DNA of 64,000 bases, taken from positions 14,198,001-14,262,000 of the forward strand of contig CDPCPM010000052.1 in NCBI GenBank assembly GCA_976551045.1, written 5' to 3'. The notes under the pieces are model-generated. The model was not told the origin of the DNA and made no database searches. It saw nothing but the letters and a program-made list of their open reading frames with translations. Positions 38,831-51,781 of the stretch are shown here, piece after piece. The position numbers were made by a program, and so were the translations under genes. This DNA comes from Glaucostegus cemiculus. Lineage: Eukaryota. Numbering within the stretch: position 1 is the first letter of the stretch; every line of letters starts with the position of its first letter.

Positions 38831-40639
38831 AACCAATATGGTTTCAAGAGCCATGGAAGGGAAGAAGTTTGGTTGCAACCTTCAGCAAGCACCGATGTAC
38901 TCTGCTGGTTTGTAATCGCATTACGCATCACCTTTTTAAATCCACACCTCCCCAGCTCACTCCACCCCCTCGTGACACTTCTCCTTCAATTGACTCCAAC
39001 CCATTTTCATTTCTTACCGGTGCAGGAAGAGCAAAATGTTTTTCTTGGAACTGAGAATCATTAAGCAAAATGAGGTCAAACCACAGTACCACATTATATT
39101 GGCACCTTATCTTTCGGCAAACTTTGAAGTAATGCAAACTTTAACTGCTTCCTCACTCATAAGGACAAATAAAAAATAGCTGCATGCTTCTATCTTTTAT
39201 CTCAGGAGTTAAAAAAAAGGTTCAAATATTTTTCTTAAAATACTGGTGCACTGACCACTGTCAAACCAATGTACTGTTGAACCTTCTCCATTTCAATAGA
39301 GAAAGGAACAAGAATGATTTAATGTTTCACCTGTCCCCCAAATCCAGGTAATTTCTTATCATGTGCATGTATTCTGTCGAGATAGGATGAATTGCAACAG
39401 AAGTATAAACTGGTTTGGCATTTGCCCAACAAACAAAGCCTCTGAACCTCAAGGAATAGTGGATTGAGAGAATGAAACAATATTATTGTTCTAAAAGAGT
39501 GTAAATTCAAATTACTTTGAGAAGTGAGACTGCACACGTTCTTTTGAATTGATAAGAAATGTGAATATGTGCATGGGATGCATGAAACGCTTTATTTTTA
39601 TCAAATCAAATGAGATATTTATTACAGTGAAATCCGATCATACTGCTTCATGTCATAATCAATTATCATTGAGTATCAAAACCCATTTCCTATCCAGATG
39701 TCTGTAGTTAATCCCATCATAAGCCACACTAAATGTTTCTAGTTCAAAGCACCTCAACGAGCTACAATTAACCAGAAATTAAATGTGCATTCAAATTGCT
39801 TTATTCTTCATCCAGTATCAACAGCTGCAATTAAATGTTAGTTTGTGAACAATCCTGACACCTAGTTCCTTTAAACTCCTCTCATCCTTGTATGATTTTC
39901 TCTATCTCACCCCCAGTTCATTCATTTGTTATCCTGTGATTTAATTTTATAACCTGCTATATCTTCACTTGCTCTTATGAGTCTTACTACACACCTATTT
40001 CCTCAAGCATATTCTAGCAACCGCTAGCTTCTTGTTCCTGTTAAATGGTTGTACAAATATATATTTGCTCTAGCTCATACGCCCTCTTAAGAGAAAAATA
40101 CCGGTTACATCTTACTCCATTAAAGCATAAAAAGGAATCAATTACCTTATTGATAAATACCTCCTTTATTGAAGTTGATGACACTGGTGTAACCAGATCA
40201 AAACTTCAATCTGGTGTCTTTTGAAAGATATGTTTAGTATCCATGGTTCTATATTTAATCAAAAAATAGCCAACATATATGATAACTACTACTGTGCACT
40301 GGAAACCATTTCACTTTTCAAAGTCATTTATTCTATTTACTTTCAAAGTCTAGGTTAAAGCGTTGTTAGGAAGTTTCAAGCCAGCATTTTACAGCTACCA
40401 TCAGAAAAAGTAAGTCAGTATGTATTTTAGAACATCATTGCTTACCATCATGTACCAATGCACAACTTGTGTTATCAATGGCATTTATTGGTTAGTTAGA
40501 GGGGCAAAGAATGTAGGCTTCCTGCTGGTATAATTTACTAAAGACTACATCCTCAATAAACAATGAAAACTAATTCTTATGCACCTGCCTTTATTTCCCT
40601 CAATCCTTCCACCATTAAAAGGTAAAACACTGTGCATTA

Positions 40640-41260
40640 TTAGTGGTACATTGTGCATTTTATTATTTACAAGAGTGATTTGTTAATCTGACTTTTGCAA
40701 ATCATGAATTGTTAATCAACTGTCATGACTACATTTCTGAATTAACTGCTAAAAGTTATTATCTTTATCTGATACTGGTCAGTTGATTGAACTCTGCTCT
40801 CAATTAAGGCGGTTAAAATAATCAACTCCACCCATGCTTGGTTCAATTTTTATAAACCCATTATTCCTCATATAATTCTGCATCATCTTGTTAAAAAGCT
40901 GTGCATTCACTTCTTCGGTCAAATTATAAAAAGCCAAAAAAAAGTGCTACAACATTTTGTATGAACCTTTCTGGGAATTTTTGGTCAGTTCACTAATTTA
41001 TGCACTCATTCAACATCTTGTCTGTTCACTTAACAGTTGATTGGAATTAAGCACTTCACATCAACAATCATGTAGCTCCAGTTTTGTCATTCATTAAACA
41101 GTTGGACAAGCACCAAAGCCTGAAAGGCTTATGTTATACACATGTATTGTCTGATGAAGCTTCCACTATCGTTTGAGATGAAGATTCTTTTTTTTTTGCC
41201 TTGCTTCTTTTAAAATTTCAAAAGTTGAGCACATGATTAAAGTTCAGTTGCGAAGTCATC
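40640..41260 (-). other. ASTN2: Putative proximal ASTN2 3'UTR
   Basis: Transposon-free AT-rich sequence between the stop codon and an AATAAA about 600 nt downstream. Confidence 0.55.
40659..40671 (-). terminator. Candidate ASTN2 polyA signal AATAAA overlapping a Pumilio-type element TGTAAATA
   Basis: Minus strand reads CTTGTAAATAATAAAATGCAC. Confidence 0.55.
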
Positions 41261-41498
41261 TCACCACAATTTAGTGTCTCCGTAGATATTGCGAGGGACG
41301 GACATGAGTTTTTCATCGCAAGTCACCTTTGCGTCATGTAAGGTGCTATACCAGACCATCCCCGTGGGTCTGGTTTCTTCCATTCGACAGATGAAATACA
41401 GAACTGAGTCTATGTGGCTCTGAATATAGGCACTGTGTAGTAAAGATGCACAGCGGTCACTTACGGTGTCCAGTCGTTTTAGAATCAGGTGAGCTTTT
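41261..41498 (-). CDS. ASTN2: Astrotactin-2 terminal coding exon (phase 2): (R)KAHLILKRLDTVSDRCASLLHSAYIQSHIDSVLYFICRMEETRPTGMVWYSTLHDAKVTCDEKLMSVPRNIYGDTKLW*
   Basis: Strong minus-strand acceptor TCCTTTTTATTTCTCGCTACAG; 238 nt = 1 + 79 codons. Matches recalled human ASTN2 RKAHLILRRLERVSSHCSSLLRSAYIQ...RPAGMVWYSILKDTKITCEEKMVSMARNTYGESKGR better than ASTN1. Confidence 0.95.
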
Positions 41499-43349
41499 CT
41501 GTAGCGAGAAATAAAAAGGAAGAGAGGGAGGAACAACAATTATGATCACCTTATTCCGGTATTACTTTGAAATTTGAGGCTAATACCTTCATTTCCATAT
41601 CTCATATCTTTCAACACAAAATAGATTTGAAGGAAAATAGGCTCTTTAACTGCATTATTTCAGTGACATGATCCTTTTTTAAATATATTCATCTGAATAT
41701 AGACAGGGACTGGAATTGGCCTCTCATCTAAAGGGCAACCGAGGACATCAGCTTGTGCACTCGAATCTCACTCCACAAACACACATACACATGCACAACT
41801 TTCAGAAACTGTTTGCATTCCCCTGTTGTGAAGGTGACTGCTCTCTAACTTTTACTGAATTCAGTCTTAAGCTGGCTGCTGGGTGAGTGACAGCAGCTCA
41901 GTGTTACTCCTGTTGCCACCTCCCTGTGTCAGGCACTCCCCTGGAATAGAGACAAAAGGGCACTGGAACCCCACTCTCCTACTGTGTGGCTTATATTGAT
42001 CATTTTCCAGGTTCCATTACTTTAGAAAATGAGTATGAACTAGTAAGGGGGGTGTGGGAAGAAATATTCAGTTGTGTTTCGTAAATCTGCTTTTGAACAC
42101 GGACCAACCCATACTGAGGTGTGCCTGCCAACAGTTCCTGCTGATATTACAGCTCCTTTGAAAATTGCAGGAAGAGTTAATTCCATAAAACATGTGTCAA
42201 CCACTGCAAGGGAAAATTCTACATAAGGAAATTATTTGGTTTTCCTTAGTTACTTAAATATTGTGTATAAACATGTCACACATCCAGCTTCTTGAAATAT
42301 AAAATTTTTTTGTGCTACTGGTATACAGTTGTGCAGTTGTTTTCTTTTCTCCTTGTGTTTGCCCGGAACTTTTAGAATAGTTAAAATAATAGGAAAACTC
42401 TATACCAATAATAATAGATATACTTGACCAAATCTTCGCAGGAGCCTTGAATTTATTTTCTGTGGTATATTCAAGTGAATCCTTGGGATCGATGAGTTTT
42501 TTTAAAGTATTTTTTTCAAGAAAACAAAACTGGTTCCTTTTTTTTGGTCGTTCAAGAATTTTTCACGCAAGAGCTTCAAGACTTCATACTTAGGGAACTA
42601 ATTGGCAAGTTTACTAAGCTTAGCCGCATGAGGGAGCTAAGCATCCGTTGTCATTGGCCCAGAAAGTTTCAGGGACCGTGCCATTTCAACATATGTCATC
42701 TGAGGTAATTCCCCCTTTGCCGATACCCCAGATGATATATTCAGTAGATATTAGTCATTAATAATAACACAAATTTTAAATTAATAAATAAAATGCAATA
42801 TTATTCATTATTTTTCATTTAATTTACTCTGGACCATATGGATAAACAGAATTATTCCACATTTTCTTCCAAATGCAATTGGAGTAATCTGATCAGAAAT
42901 GTGTACTTATTTACGTGAACTAAGATTATACTGAATGAAAATATGAAAATATTCCAGAAAACCTTGTGAATTCATTAACTTTTCTGGGGAGTGGCATCAC
43001 TGTAAAGACCAGTATTTAATGTCCATCCCCAGATGTCCTTGGTGAGCCATCCTTTGGAACAACTACAATCCCAGTTAGGCTGAATCACTCCCACTGTGTT
43101 GTTAGGTTGAGGGTTTCCTTGCTTAGATCTAGTAACAATGAAGGAATGGTGATCTATTTCCACATCAGGATGGTGTTAGATTTTGACGGGAACTTGCAAG
43201 GTGTCCCCATATGCACAGAAACATTTTTCAGCCTTTGTCTTTAGTTCAAAATCTTTCTTGAAGGTCTTTTCACATAACATCAAGTAAAATGACTTGCCCT
43301 GAGGATAATCCTGAAGAAGAACATAATAAAGAGCTTGGCTGTTGTGCCA

Positions 43350-43605
43350 AAGGATCATATAGCCCAAAAGTCTTTAGCCCATTGAGTCTGCACTAACCAT
43401 CGAACACTTACTTACTAATCCCATTTCAGTCAACTTCCCCAGTTTCTGCCACTCGCACAAGGGAAAATTTACAGTGGCTAATTAACCTACTAACCCACAA
43501 ATCTTTTTGGACCAGGAGAAACCTACACATCACAGGGAGAACGTGCAAACTCCACACATACAGCACCGGAAACCAGAATCAAACCTGTGTCCCTGGAGCT
43601 GTCAG
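43350..43605 (-). mobile_element. HE1/V-SINE
   Basis: CACAGGGAGAACGTGCAAACTCCACAC core and AATTTACAGTGGCTAATTAACCTAC. Confidence 0.8.
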
Positions 43606-44321
43606 GTAGACAGAGTGTTGACCTGTGGATGGTAGACGTTAAATTCTTTACTTTCAGGATTAGTTAAGTACAAACCCAAAGTCAGAACATGTTTATCATG
43701 AAGACAGTATTTTTTTGAACAATTGTATTTTTTTTAGCAAAGTATAAAAGATCATCAGAACAACAAACCTAAGGAACAAAATAAGATTTCATTAAAAAAT
43801 TTTCACATTCACCAATTTGACTGTTAATGAGTTAACTATATAAGAAATGAAAGGCCATCTCATGGCAATTGTTAACATCTAGCGCTTCAAGGTCAGTGGT
43901 TAGATGTTGTAGAAGGACAATAATAGTGCAGCCTTCTAAGTAGCTTAAAGACATTTTATAACATGACTCATCTGGAACGTACAAAAGGTGACAAGGATTT
44001 GTTTATTATAATTGAAAGCAAACTACTGGTGATGACATAACACAACATGGTGCCAGAAAGTAATCTGAACAGTTACATCAATTTTGAGTGAAGTTTAATT
44101 TGGAAAACTGACTTGCTGTTGAAAACTACCACTTGGATTGCTGTACAAATGGAGAGATGCACAGACAAAGAACCTGACAAGAGTACAAGCTCCTGCAGAT
44201 GCAAGTTCTATGGTCAACAAGGAACAGCAAGGTAAAGTTGCAGCTCTGTTTAAAGGAATTGGAAAGCTATAGGGTGGGTAAGAGTAGCAGCCAGTAGCAC
44301 CTCCTCCAAGAAGTGTTCTAG

Positions 44322-44611
44322 TTAAGATAAGATTTCTTTATTAGTCACATGTACATCGAAACACACAGCAAAATGCACCTTTGCGTAAAATGCTCTGGGG
44401 GCAGCCCACAAGTGTTGCCACGCTTTCGGCGCCAACATAGCATGCTCACAACTTCCTAATCCATACCTCTTCGGAATGTGGGAGGAAACCGGAGCAGCCA
44501 GAGGAAACACACACAGTTACGGGGAGAACATACAAATTCCTTGCAGACAGTGGCCAGAATTGAACCCGGGTCGCTGGCGCTGTAATAGCATTACGCTAGC
44601 TGCTACGCTGC
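44322..44611 (-). mobile_element. tRNA-derived V-type SINE with alternative (ATCTT)n tail
   Basis: Reverse-complement homolog of 21470-21744. Confidence 0.85.
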
Positions 44612-44946
44612 GACGTAATCTCCATATTTAGAAAAGAGTTGAACTTAGGTAAGAGATATCTTTACAAAAGTCTAGTTTTCTGCTTGTCTCAGTCTACCTT
44701 CAATGGAATCATTGTAATATTACACTCAACCATTTAACACCCCAGAGGTCGCCATTCAATAGCAGTGGCATTGGAGAAGTCATATCCACAACCTGATCAC
44801 AAGATTCAGGTTGAGGTTGGGGAACCTGCAACAGATGGCTCACCCGTTTACTCATTATATCAATGGCTCTCCACTACTGACAACCATCCTGTCATTGAAG
44901 AAGGGAACACTAATGCAGGGCTTGCATGAGGACGACCCCAAGAAAC

Positions 44947-45235
44947 AGGCAGCACAGTGGTACACCTTGGGCACTATCTGTGTGGAGCTTGAACATTCAC
45001 CCTGTGATCACATGGGTTTTCTCAGGGTACTCCAATTTCCCTCCACGTCCCAAAGATGTACCAGTTGGCAGGTTAATTGGCAATCTAGTGTGTAGGTGAG
45101 TGGAAGAATCTGGGGAAAGTTGATAAGAATGTGGGGAGAATAAAATAAGATTAATGTAGGATTAGTGTAAACGGGTGGTTGATGGTTAGTTTGGACTTGG
45201 TGGGCCGAAGGGCCGGCTTCCATGCTTGACTCCAT
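44947..45235 (+). mobile_element. HE1/V-SINE
   Basis: GGCAGCACAGTGG head, V core and GGGCCGAAGGGCC tail. Confidence 0.85.
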
Positions 45236-45859
45236 GAACGCTCAACCACAGGTTGCAAATGTGCTCCCTTGCAACTGAAATCAGCATCAACCATTTTCAT
45301 AACTGAAGAACGGTAGCAGTTCAGCAAGCTTGCTTTAGCCACGCCTCGATGCCATGGAATTATCCACTATCATTATGGTGTCAAAGGGCAATTCTTTACT
45401 CACCATCAGCTTGTGGAGAGAGTGTTTGGCAACCCTAGTCCATTAGCTATCTTCTGTGGGTGACTTGGAACAAGCAATGAAGCCTTGCCAGTGTTTTGCC
45501 AGGAAAAATAGTTCAAAAAAACATATTTCTAAGCATATGAAAAGCAATAAAACCAATGGGAAACTAACAAAAAATGGAAAAAAAATCTACAAGGAAGGCC
45601 AAGAGTAGTTGCCTTGAAAATGCTTTGAACACTGTCCTACCTGGAGATTTGCCTGTGGCCTTGCCAGGTTTTACTGACATGCTGGAGACTGTCTGTCCAG
45701 CACAGCCTTGGTTGCATTCCAAACCTTTCCAAAGCCCTTTTCTGCCCCTCTTAACACAGCTCCTGCATGCTTCCTGTGCAAGCTTCAGTTTTTTGTCAAA
45801 GATGGTCAGGCAGGACCTAAATCATGCAAGTTTCCATTATATTAACTTCCAGTGAATTT

Positions 45860-46760
45860 CCATTCCTTCATCACCTTGCAACTGTGTGAAGTTGAAGTAG
45901 GAATAACATCAATTTTCTGCATCACATGCAGCCACAGAAAGTAATTAGGAAGGCAAGTGGTCCGCTCATCTTCAATGCAAGAGGATCTGAGTCCAGAGTG
46001 CATGGACCTTTTCTTGAAATTATATGGGATACAGGTGTGACTGCACATGGAATATTGTGTGCAAGGACTTTTTTTTTTATTTACAACGTGGTAACAGGCC
46101 CTTTCGGCCCTCCGAGTCCACGCCGCCCATTTTTAACCCCCAAATTAACCTACCCGTACGTCTTTCAGAATGTGGGAGGAAACCGGAGCACCCGGAGGAA
46201 ACCCACGCAGACGTGGGAGAACGTACAAACTCCTTACAGACAGCAACGGGAATCGAACCCCGATCGCTGGCGCTGTAACAGCGTCGCGCTAACCGCTACC
46301 CTATCGTGCTGCCCTTTGACTTCCTATCAAAAGAAGGATATATCGAGATAGAGGGAATGCAGTGAAGATTCACCAGATTGATTCCCGAGATGCAAGGAGG
46401 CAAAAAGCAAAGTTAAACATTTAGGAGAGTGAAAGGTGATTTAACTGAAACATACAGTATTTTTTCATGGGGACTGGAAGGACAGATGTCCGGTCAATGT
46501 TTCACCTGCCTAGAATAAGGAAGGTGACCATGCAGAGCTTGAGGTGAGAAGAATCTTCTCTCCAGGAGGATTGAAGAGGCTCAGTCGCCGAGTATATTCA
46601 ATGCAGCGAGCGATAGATAGATTTTTGGATATTAAAAGAATCAAGGGATATGGGGTTAGTGTAGGAAAATGGTGTTGAGGTAAAAAAACGTTCAGTCATC
46701 ATACTTTTGAATAGCACAGCAGGTGTGAGGGGCCAGACAGTCTAATCCTGCTGCTGCTAC
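45860..46760 (+). mobile_element. CR1 3' part, interrupted by a SINE
   Basis: GAGGGAATGCAGTGAAGATTCACCAGATTGATTCC and the downstream CR1 3' region. Confidence 0.75.
46069..46314 (-). mobile_element. Young tRNA-derived V-type SINE with CR1-like 3' stem-loop and poly(A) tail
   Basis: Intact A and B boxes (GGTTCGATTCCC), CpG-rich, near-identical to 49773-50018. Confidence 0.9.
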
Positions 46761-47999
46761 TTCTCAGGAAAATTGATTTTTTAACTGCATTATATGGGGG
46801 AAGAAACAAGTGGCTAGTTTGATTGTTGTGTGTGAACAAAATATGACCTCCACATGCACAATACAGTGTCCCACCATAACAATTAGCTTAAAGATTGACT
46901 TTGGAGATGGGTAAAAACAAAGATTTTCACTTTTTGTTCTTTATTTCATTACAATAGAATTAATACAGTTCAATTGCATTTAATGTCTAATGGAATAATC
47001 AGTTTAGTAACCTATCTATGAAGATAATTCCTTGTTAAGTCTATCAGGGCAGCACATGATGACAAAGAAATCATTGAGGAAAGCAGCTCCAAGTGATAGA
47101 AATAAATTACAACCTGTTTTTTGTTCTTTCCAAAACTCCCCTCCATCCTTTATTTCCTTTTCTCTCTTTTTTTTCTTGTAACCCTCATTACATTAGCAGT
47201 TGAAACATGATAAGAAATTCACGATGTCCCACAATACTAAATGGACCGTTTAGTACTGATGCTAACGTACAATCTATTTTCAACCGAAGTCCAGAATTAA
47301 TTGAAAGGCAGAAACACTTTATTTGTCTCAAATCACTTTGAAGTACCCTGAGATTTTGAAATGTACCAAATAAATGCAATTTTTTTTGTCTCTGGGGGAG
47401 TATTTAGAAAAGGTGCCAAGACATGTGATAAACCCTTGCTATCTTCTGAATTTGGCCAATTTTGAAGTTATAGTGTTCAGTTAGTGGTGGAATTGTTTCT
47501 CAGTGTTAATTATAAAAACATTATAACTGGTACTTTATTCCTTTATATAACCACCATAGAATTTGTACTATTTTTGCTTGAAAGGCAGTGATACAAAACC
47601 TGACATTTTCGCAATTCAAACTATGTTATAGCAATGCTTTGGTGCAAACGACATGAATTCCCCACAGCTGTCTATAATCCAATGCTGCCTCCAACAAAGG
47701 TCTTATTACCTGAAAAGTAATTATAATCCCTCACATAAGCAGCATGATTCATGAGTAGCAGAAGAGAACCTTGCCAAAGAACACACCAAGAAAGGGGTAG
47801 AGAATGCATAGTGGTGGGTGAGTGAGGGGAAAGTGTGTTTGCTGTACCTCAGTCACATAAGAAAACACTTACAGCAAATTACCAGATGAAGCACCCCCAG
47901 ACTGCTTTCAGATTTGAGTTGCTATGGTAGGTTTAAATAACATTGCACGTGCTGGGTTGCGGTGAAGGTTGATTAAATGAAATTAATTTTAAAAGAAGA

Positions 48000-48600
48000 T
48001 TGATTGCTTGAATATTCACAAGGAGCCTGAGCCAGGTAAATAGAATATTCATGGGATAGAATTAGGGGAGCTGAGGCTCAATTTCTTGCAAGCTTTTTAA
48101 TTATAGGGTTTGCACTAAATGATTGGAATACAAGAAATATTATTCAGATTTAAAAAGGCAGAAGTCAGAAATCTGATATTCAGATTTAATGACCTGCCAG
48201 TTTGACACCGATGGTTAAAAAATTGGAGAGAGTATTATAAAGGTAAGAATGCAAGTGCTTTAAAACAGAACAAAGGCTACAATTCAAAGCAACTCAGTCT
48301 TTGAAAAGTAGTTTAGACTTAACACAAATCATTATAAAAGTCCTTTGAACATGTAACAGACTTGATGAATGGAGGGAATGTTTTGGATATCACTTAACTA
48401 GAATTTCAGAAGAGATTTGATAAAGGGCTTTGAAAGAATTGTGGATAAATAGGCAACAAAGGAATGATAGCGTCAAATGGTAACAATTTAAATTATAAAA
48501 CTGTCATCAGCTGAGATGCTTGGGTTTAGGAGCTTGCAGTACTTAGTGATGTTCCTAATGAAGCTGTCAGATCCATGATGTCAATGTTTTCTAATTGCTC
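48000..48600 (+). mobile_element. Degenerate CR1 ORF2
   Basis: GACCTGCCAGTTTGACA (RP.SLT) and GAATTTCAGAAGAGATTTGATAAAG (DFQKAFDK-like). Confidence 0.55.
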
Positions 48601-49599
48601 TCTAGAGAAAGGTTGGTACTAATGTTCAAAAAAGCATGAAAGTTAAGGGGTAAGTTACCTTGACACAGATTATACATTTGCTCTCTGGGCTTTGATTCAA
48701 GCCTGTATTAGTAACTGTAACATGTATTGCAGTTTGGTATCAGCCTCCTTGGCACATCACACCCTCTCAGCTCAAGGTGCAGAAGGTGCCCCCTCCATTT
48801 GCTGCACCTGCATCCTTTTCTCCAGTATTGGGTAAACACTATCTAAATGGGCCCCTTAGTCTATGGTGAAAGGTTCCCAAGACTGGGTGCACACTTGCAG
48901 GCCTGAGGCTGGGTGAATGAGTTCACAGTGAGGTCCACAGCAACATGGTACAAGTGTATAAACCACTGGAGTCTTTGAGTTAAGACTGGAGAGTTCCAGA
49001 TATGGTGTCCCCATGAGCATTGCTCCCTTTCTCCCATCTATTCCTGCTCTCCCTCTCTACATTGACACGCCTCTTCTTTCTCCAGGCTGAAGGACAGATC
49101 TTTCAGAAAACCCAGGGCTAAATTTGATTGCCTCTCAAAACATGGCTGATACGTCATTCACGGCCATTCAGTGGAATCTGGGCAGCTTTTCAACCTCATG
49201 CTGTTTGCTCACTTCCATTTCTATAGCTGTGAGTCTGCACTGCTCATAGACTGAATACCTCATCACAGCACTAATATAGAGAGTTACAGCACCACTTCAA
49301 GCTAGCTATTTTTTACATTTTTTGGGGGATGTTGGTTTCTCTGAGCTGCCAGCATTTATGCTCATTGCCCTTGAAAATTTGGTGGTGAGACACCTCTTTG
49401 AACCACTGAGTGGTTATGACACAATAGAGCAGTTATGATACGGTTGTATCATTCCCAGCCTATGTCAGAAGGTTAACAGTGGTTCTGGGGTCACAGAGAG
49501 GCCAGATTGGGTAAGGGTGGTGGATTTCTTCCCACAAAAAGCACTAGTGAACCAGATAATTTGACCACAATCTGGTAGCTTCACTGTTGGTGCATTAGG

Positions 49600-50160
49600 T
49601 TTAATTTTCCAAAGTTTCCTGGATTCAGGGTAGGTTCCAATAGATGGAAAATGTAATTCCTTCATTCAGAAAGGGATAAGGCAAGTGGGAAGCTACAAGA
49701 CAGATAGCTTAGAATTTGTCATGGGGAACAATGTTAGAAGTCATTATTAAAGACACTACAGCAGGGCACTTAATTTTTTTTTATTTACAGCGTGGTAACA
49801 GGCCCTTTCGGCCCTCCGAGTCCATGCCGCCCATTTTAAACCCCCAAATTAACCTACCCGTACGTCTTTCAGAATGTGAGAGGAAACCGGAGCACCCGGA
49901 GGAAACCCACGCAGACACGGGAGAATGTACAAACTCCTTACAGACAGCGACGGGAATCGAACCCCGATCGCTGGCGCTGTAACAGCATTGCACTAACCAC
50001 TATGCTATCGTGCCGCCCACTTAGAAAAATTCAAGCTAATCGGGCAAAGTCAATGTGGGTTTGAAAGGGGAATCATGCTTGAGCAAATCATTGGAGTTGT
50101 TTAAAGAAGGAAATTTGTTGTGGATTAAGGGGAATGGGTGGATGAACTAATCCAGGTGTT
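49600..50160 (+). mobile_element. CR1 ORF2 fragment, interrupted by a SINE
   Basis: MLEVIIKDTTAGHL|EKFKLIGQSQCGFERGIML continues across the SINE. Confidence 0.75.
49773..50018 (-). mobile_element. Young tRNA-derived V-type SINE with poly(A) tail and ACTTA target-site duplication
   Basis: ACTTA at 49768-49772 and 50019-50023; interrupts a CR1 ORF2 fragment. Confidence 0.9.
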
Positions 50161-50689
50161 CAGGGAGTGGTCCTCCAATCTGAAACCATTCAAGAACAAC
50201 TTGTGGTATGTCTGTGCTTCATTAAGAATGGCTTCTTTGAAATTTGCTACCCGTTGCAGCTGTAACTGAAAACTCAGAACAGCGCATGGACGAGTTATTG
50301 CTGTCAAGGTGACAGTGATAATGAAGTCTTGTATGTCTGGCTGCTTGCTAGACAGAACTAGAGATATGCACAACATCTCATAGCTGTTGCACAAGAGAAG
50401 TCGCTGAGGCTCTGTATTCAAAGTGGGCTGGCCAGATTTCATTCTCTCTTGCCAGAGACCAGCAGGCAAAGAGAACAAGTGGTTCTATGAAGTCAACAGG
50501 CTTCTTCCTTAGTGTAGAGTGCCACTGATTATGTGTAGGCTGTGATATTATAGTGCAACAGAGAACAAATAACAGGATGCTTGGACTAGCAATCCAGAGA
50601 GATGAATTTCAAATCTCACTGCAGGTCTACTATGGAATTTAAGTTTTGTTCTTTAAATGAAGTGATTTTTTAAAGATGTCTTAGAAGTA

Positions 50690-51100
50690 TGTATGAACAT
50701 AAAATTAGGAGCAGGAAGAGGCCATTCATCCTTTGAGCCTGCTCCACCTTTCAACAAGATTGTGACCAATCTGACTGTTAACCTCAATTTTGCATTCCAG
50801 TGTATTGAGAAAAACATTTCACCCTCTTGCTTATCAAGAATCTATCTACTCTGCCTTAAAAATGTTCAAAGACTCTGCTTTCACTGCCCTTTGAGGCGTT
50901 CCAAAGACTCACTGTCCATCCAGAGAAAAGAAATCACCTTAACTCTCTTAAATGAATGTCGCCTTATTTTTAAATAGTTCTAAATTCTCCGACAAGAGGA
51001 AACATCTTCTTTCTACCCACATCCAGACCCCTCAGAATCTTAATGTTTCAAACAAGTTTTCTAAGTTTCAGTGGATGCAAGCCAAGCCAAATTTGTCTTT
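50690..51100 (-). mobile_element. CR1 3' end
   Basis: GAACATAAAATTAGGAGCAGGAAGAGGCCATTCA...CCTGCTCCACC antisense tail. Confidence 0.8.
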
Positions 51101-51139
51101 TGATTCCTTAATCATTTGCCTACATTAAAAAGTAATTCA

Positions 51140-51317
51140 CATGAGCTAAGTGAGCTAATTAGCCACATCTTTGGAATGTGGAAGGAAGTCAAAGCACCCA
51201 GCAGAAACTCATGTGGAGAATGTGAAAAATCCACACAGAGAGCCCCCAAGATCAGGATCGAGCCCAGGTACCTGGATCTGTGAGAGAGCAGTGCTAACTG
51301 CTGCACCACCATGCCCT
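51140..51317 (-). mobile_element. HE1/V-SINE, 5' part
   Basis: GGATCGAGCCCAGG (B box antisense) and core. Confidence 0.75.
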
Positions 51318-51741
51318 CTGTTATGACACCCATTCCAGCACTCTGAATTGTGTCAGAAATACCTGCCAACGTTCCACCATCTGGAAGCAACCAGCTTGCT
51401 TCGAAGGTTACAGTCGGCAAAAGATCCTTTTGGCACCTTACCTTGTCCTGAATACTTACAGATCCACAACAGTGATACACAGATGCCTACCAGCAATCTG
51501 TAACTTGTAAATGGTCCCTTTAAATCATGGAATTGGGTGTCCTTCTCTTTACTAAACAGTTGTTGAGATAATGCCTGAGGCAGTGAAATCAAAATATCAC
51601 TGCTGATGCAAGGTCGACATTACATTGTGATAGATGCATGTTCTGCCCATTCTCTGGCACTCAGTGCTTACACATCAACTGTCTCATCACTATATCATCC
51701 TGGCATGGTCCAGGCCACGAGCTGGGCTGCATTGGTGACAT

Positions 51742-51781
51742 TATGGCCAAGTCTTCTATGGCCAAGTCTTCTATGGCCAAG
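51742..51781 (+). repeat. Perfect 15-bp tandem repeat (TATGGCCAAGTCTTC, about 2.7 copies) at the edge of a CR1 fragment
   Basis: Directly visible. Confidence 0.9.

Noticed and set aside
46245-46314. tRNA-like sequence with A and B boxes (also 49950-50018)
   Set aside because: SINE heads continuing into the V core; no complete cloverleaf or Pol III terminator.
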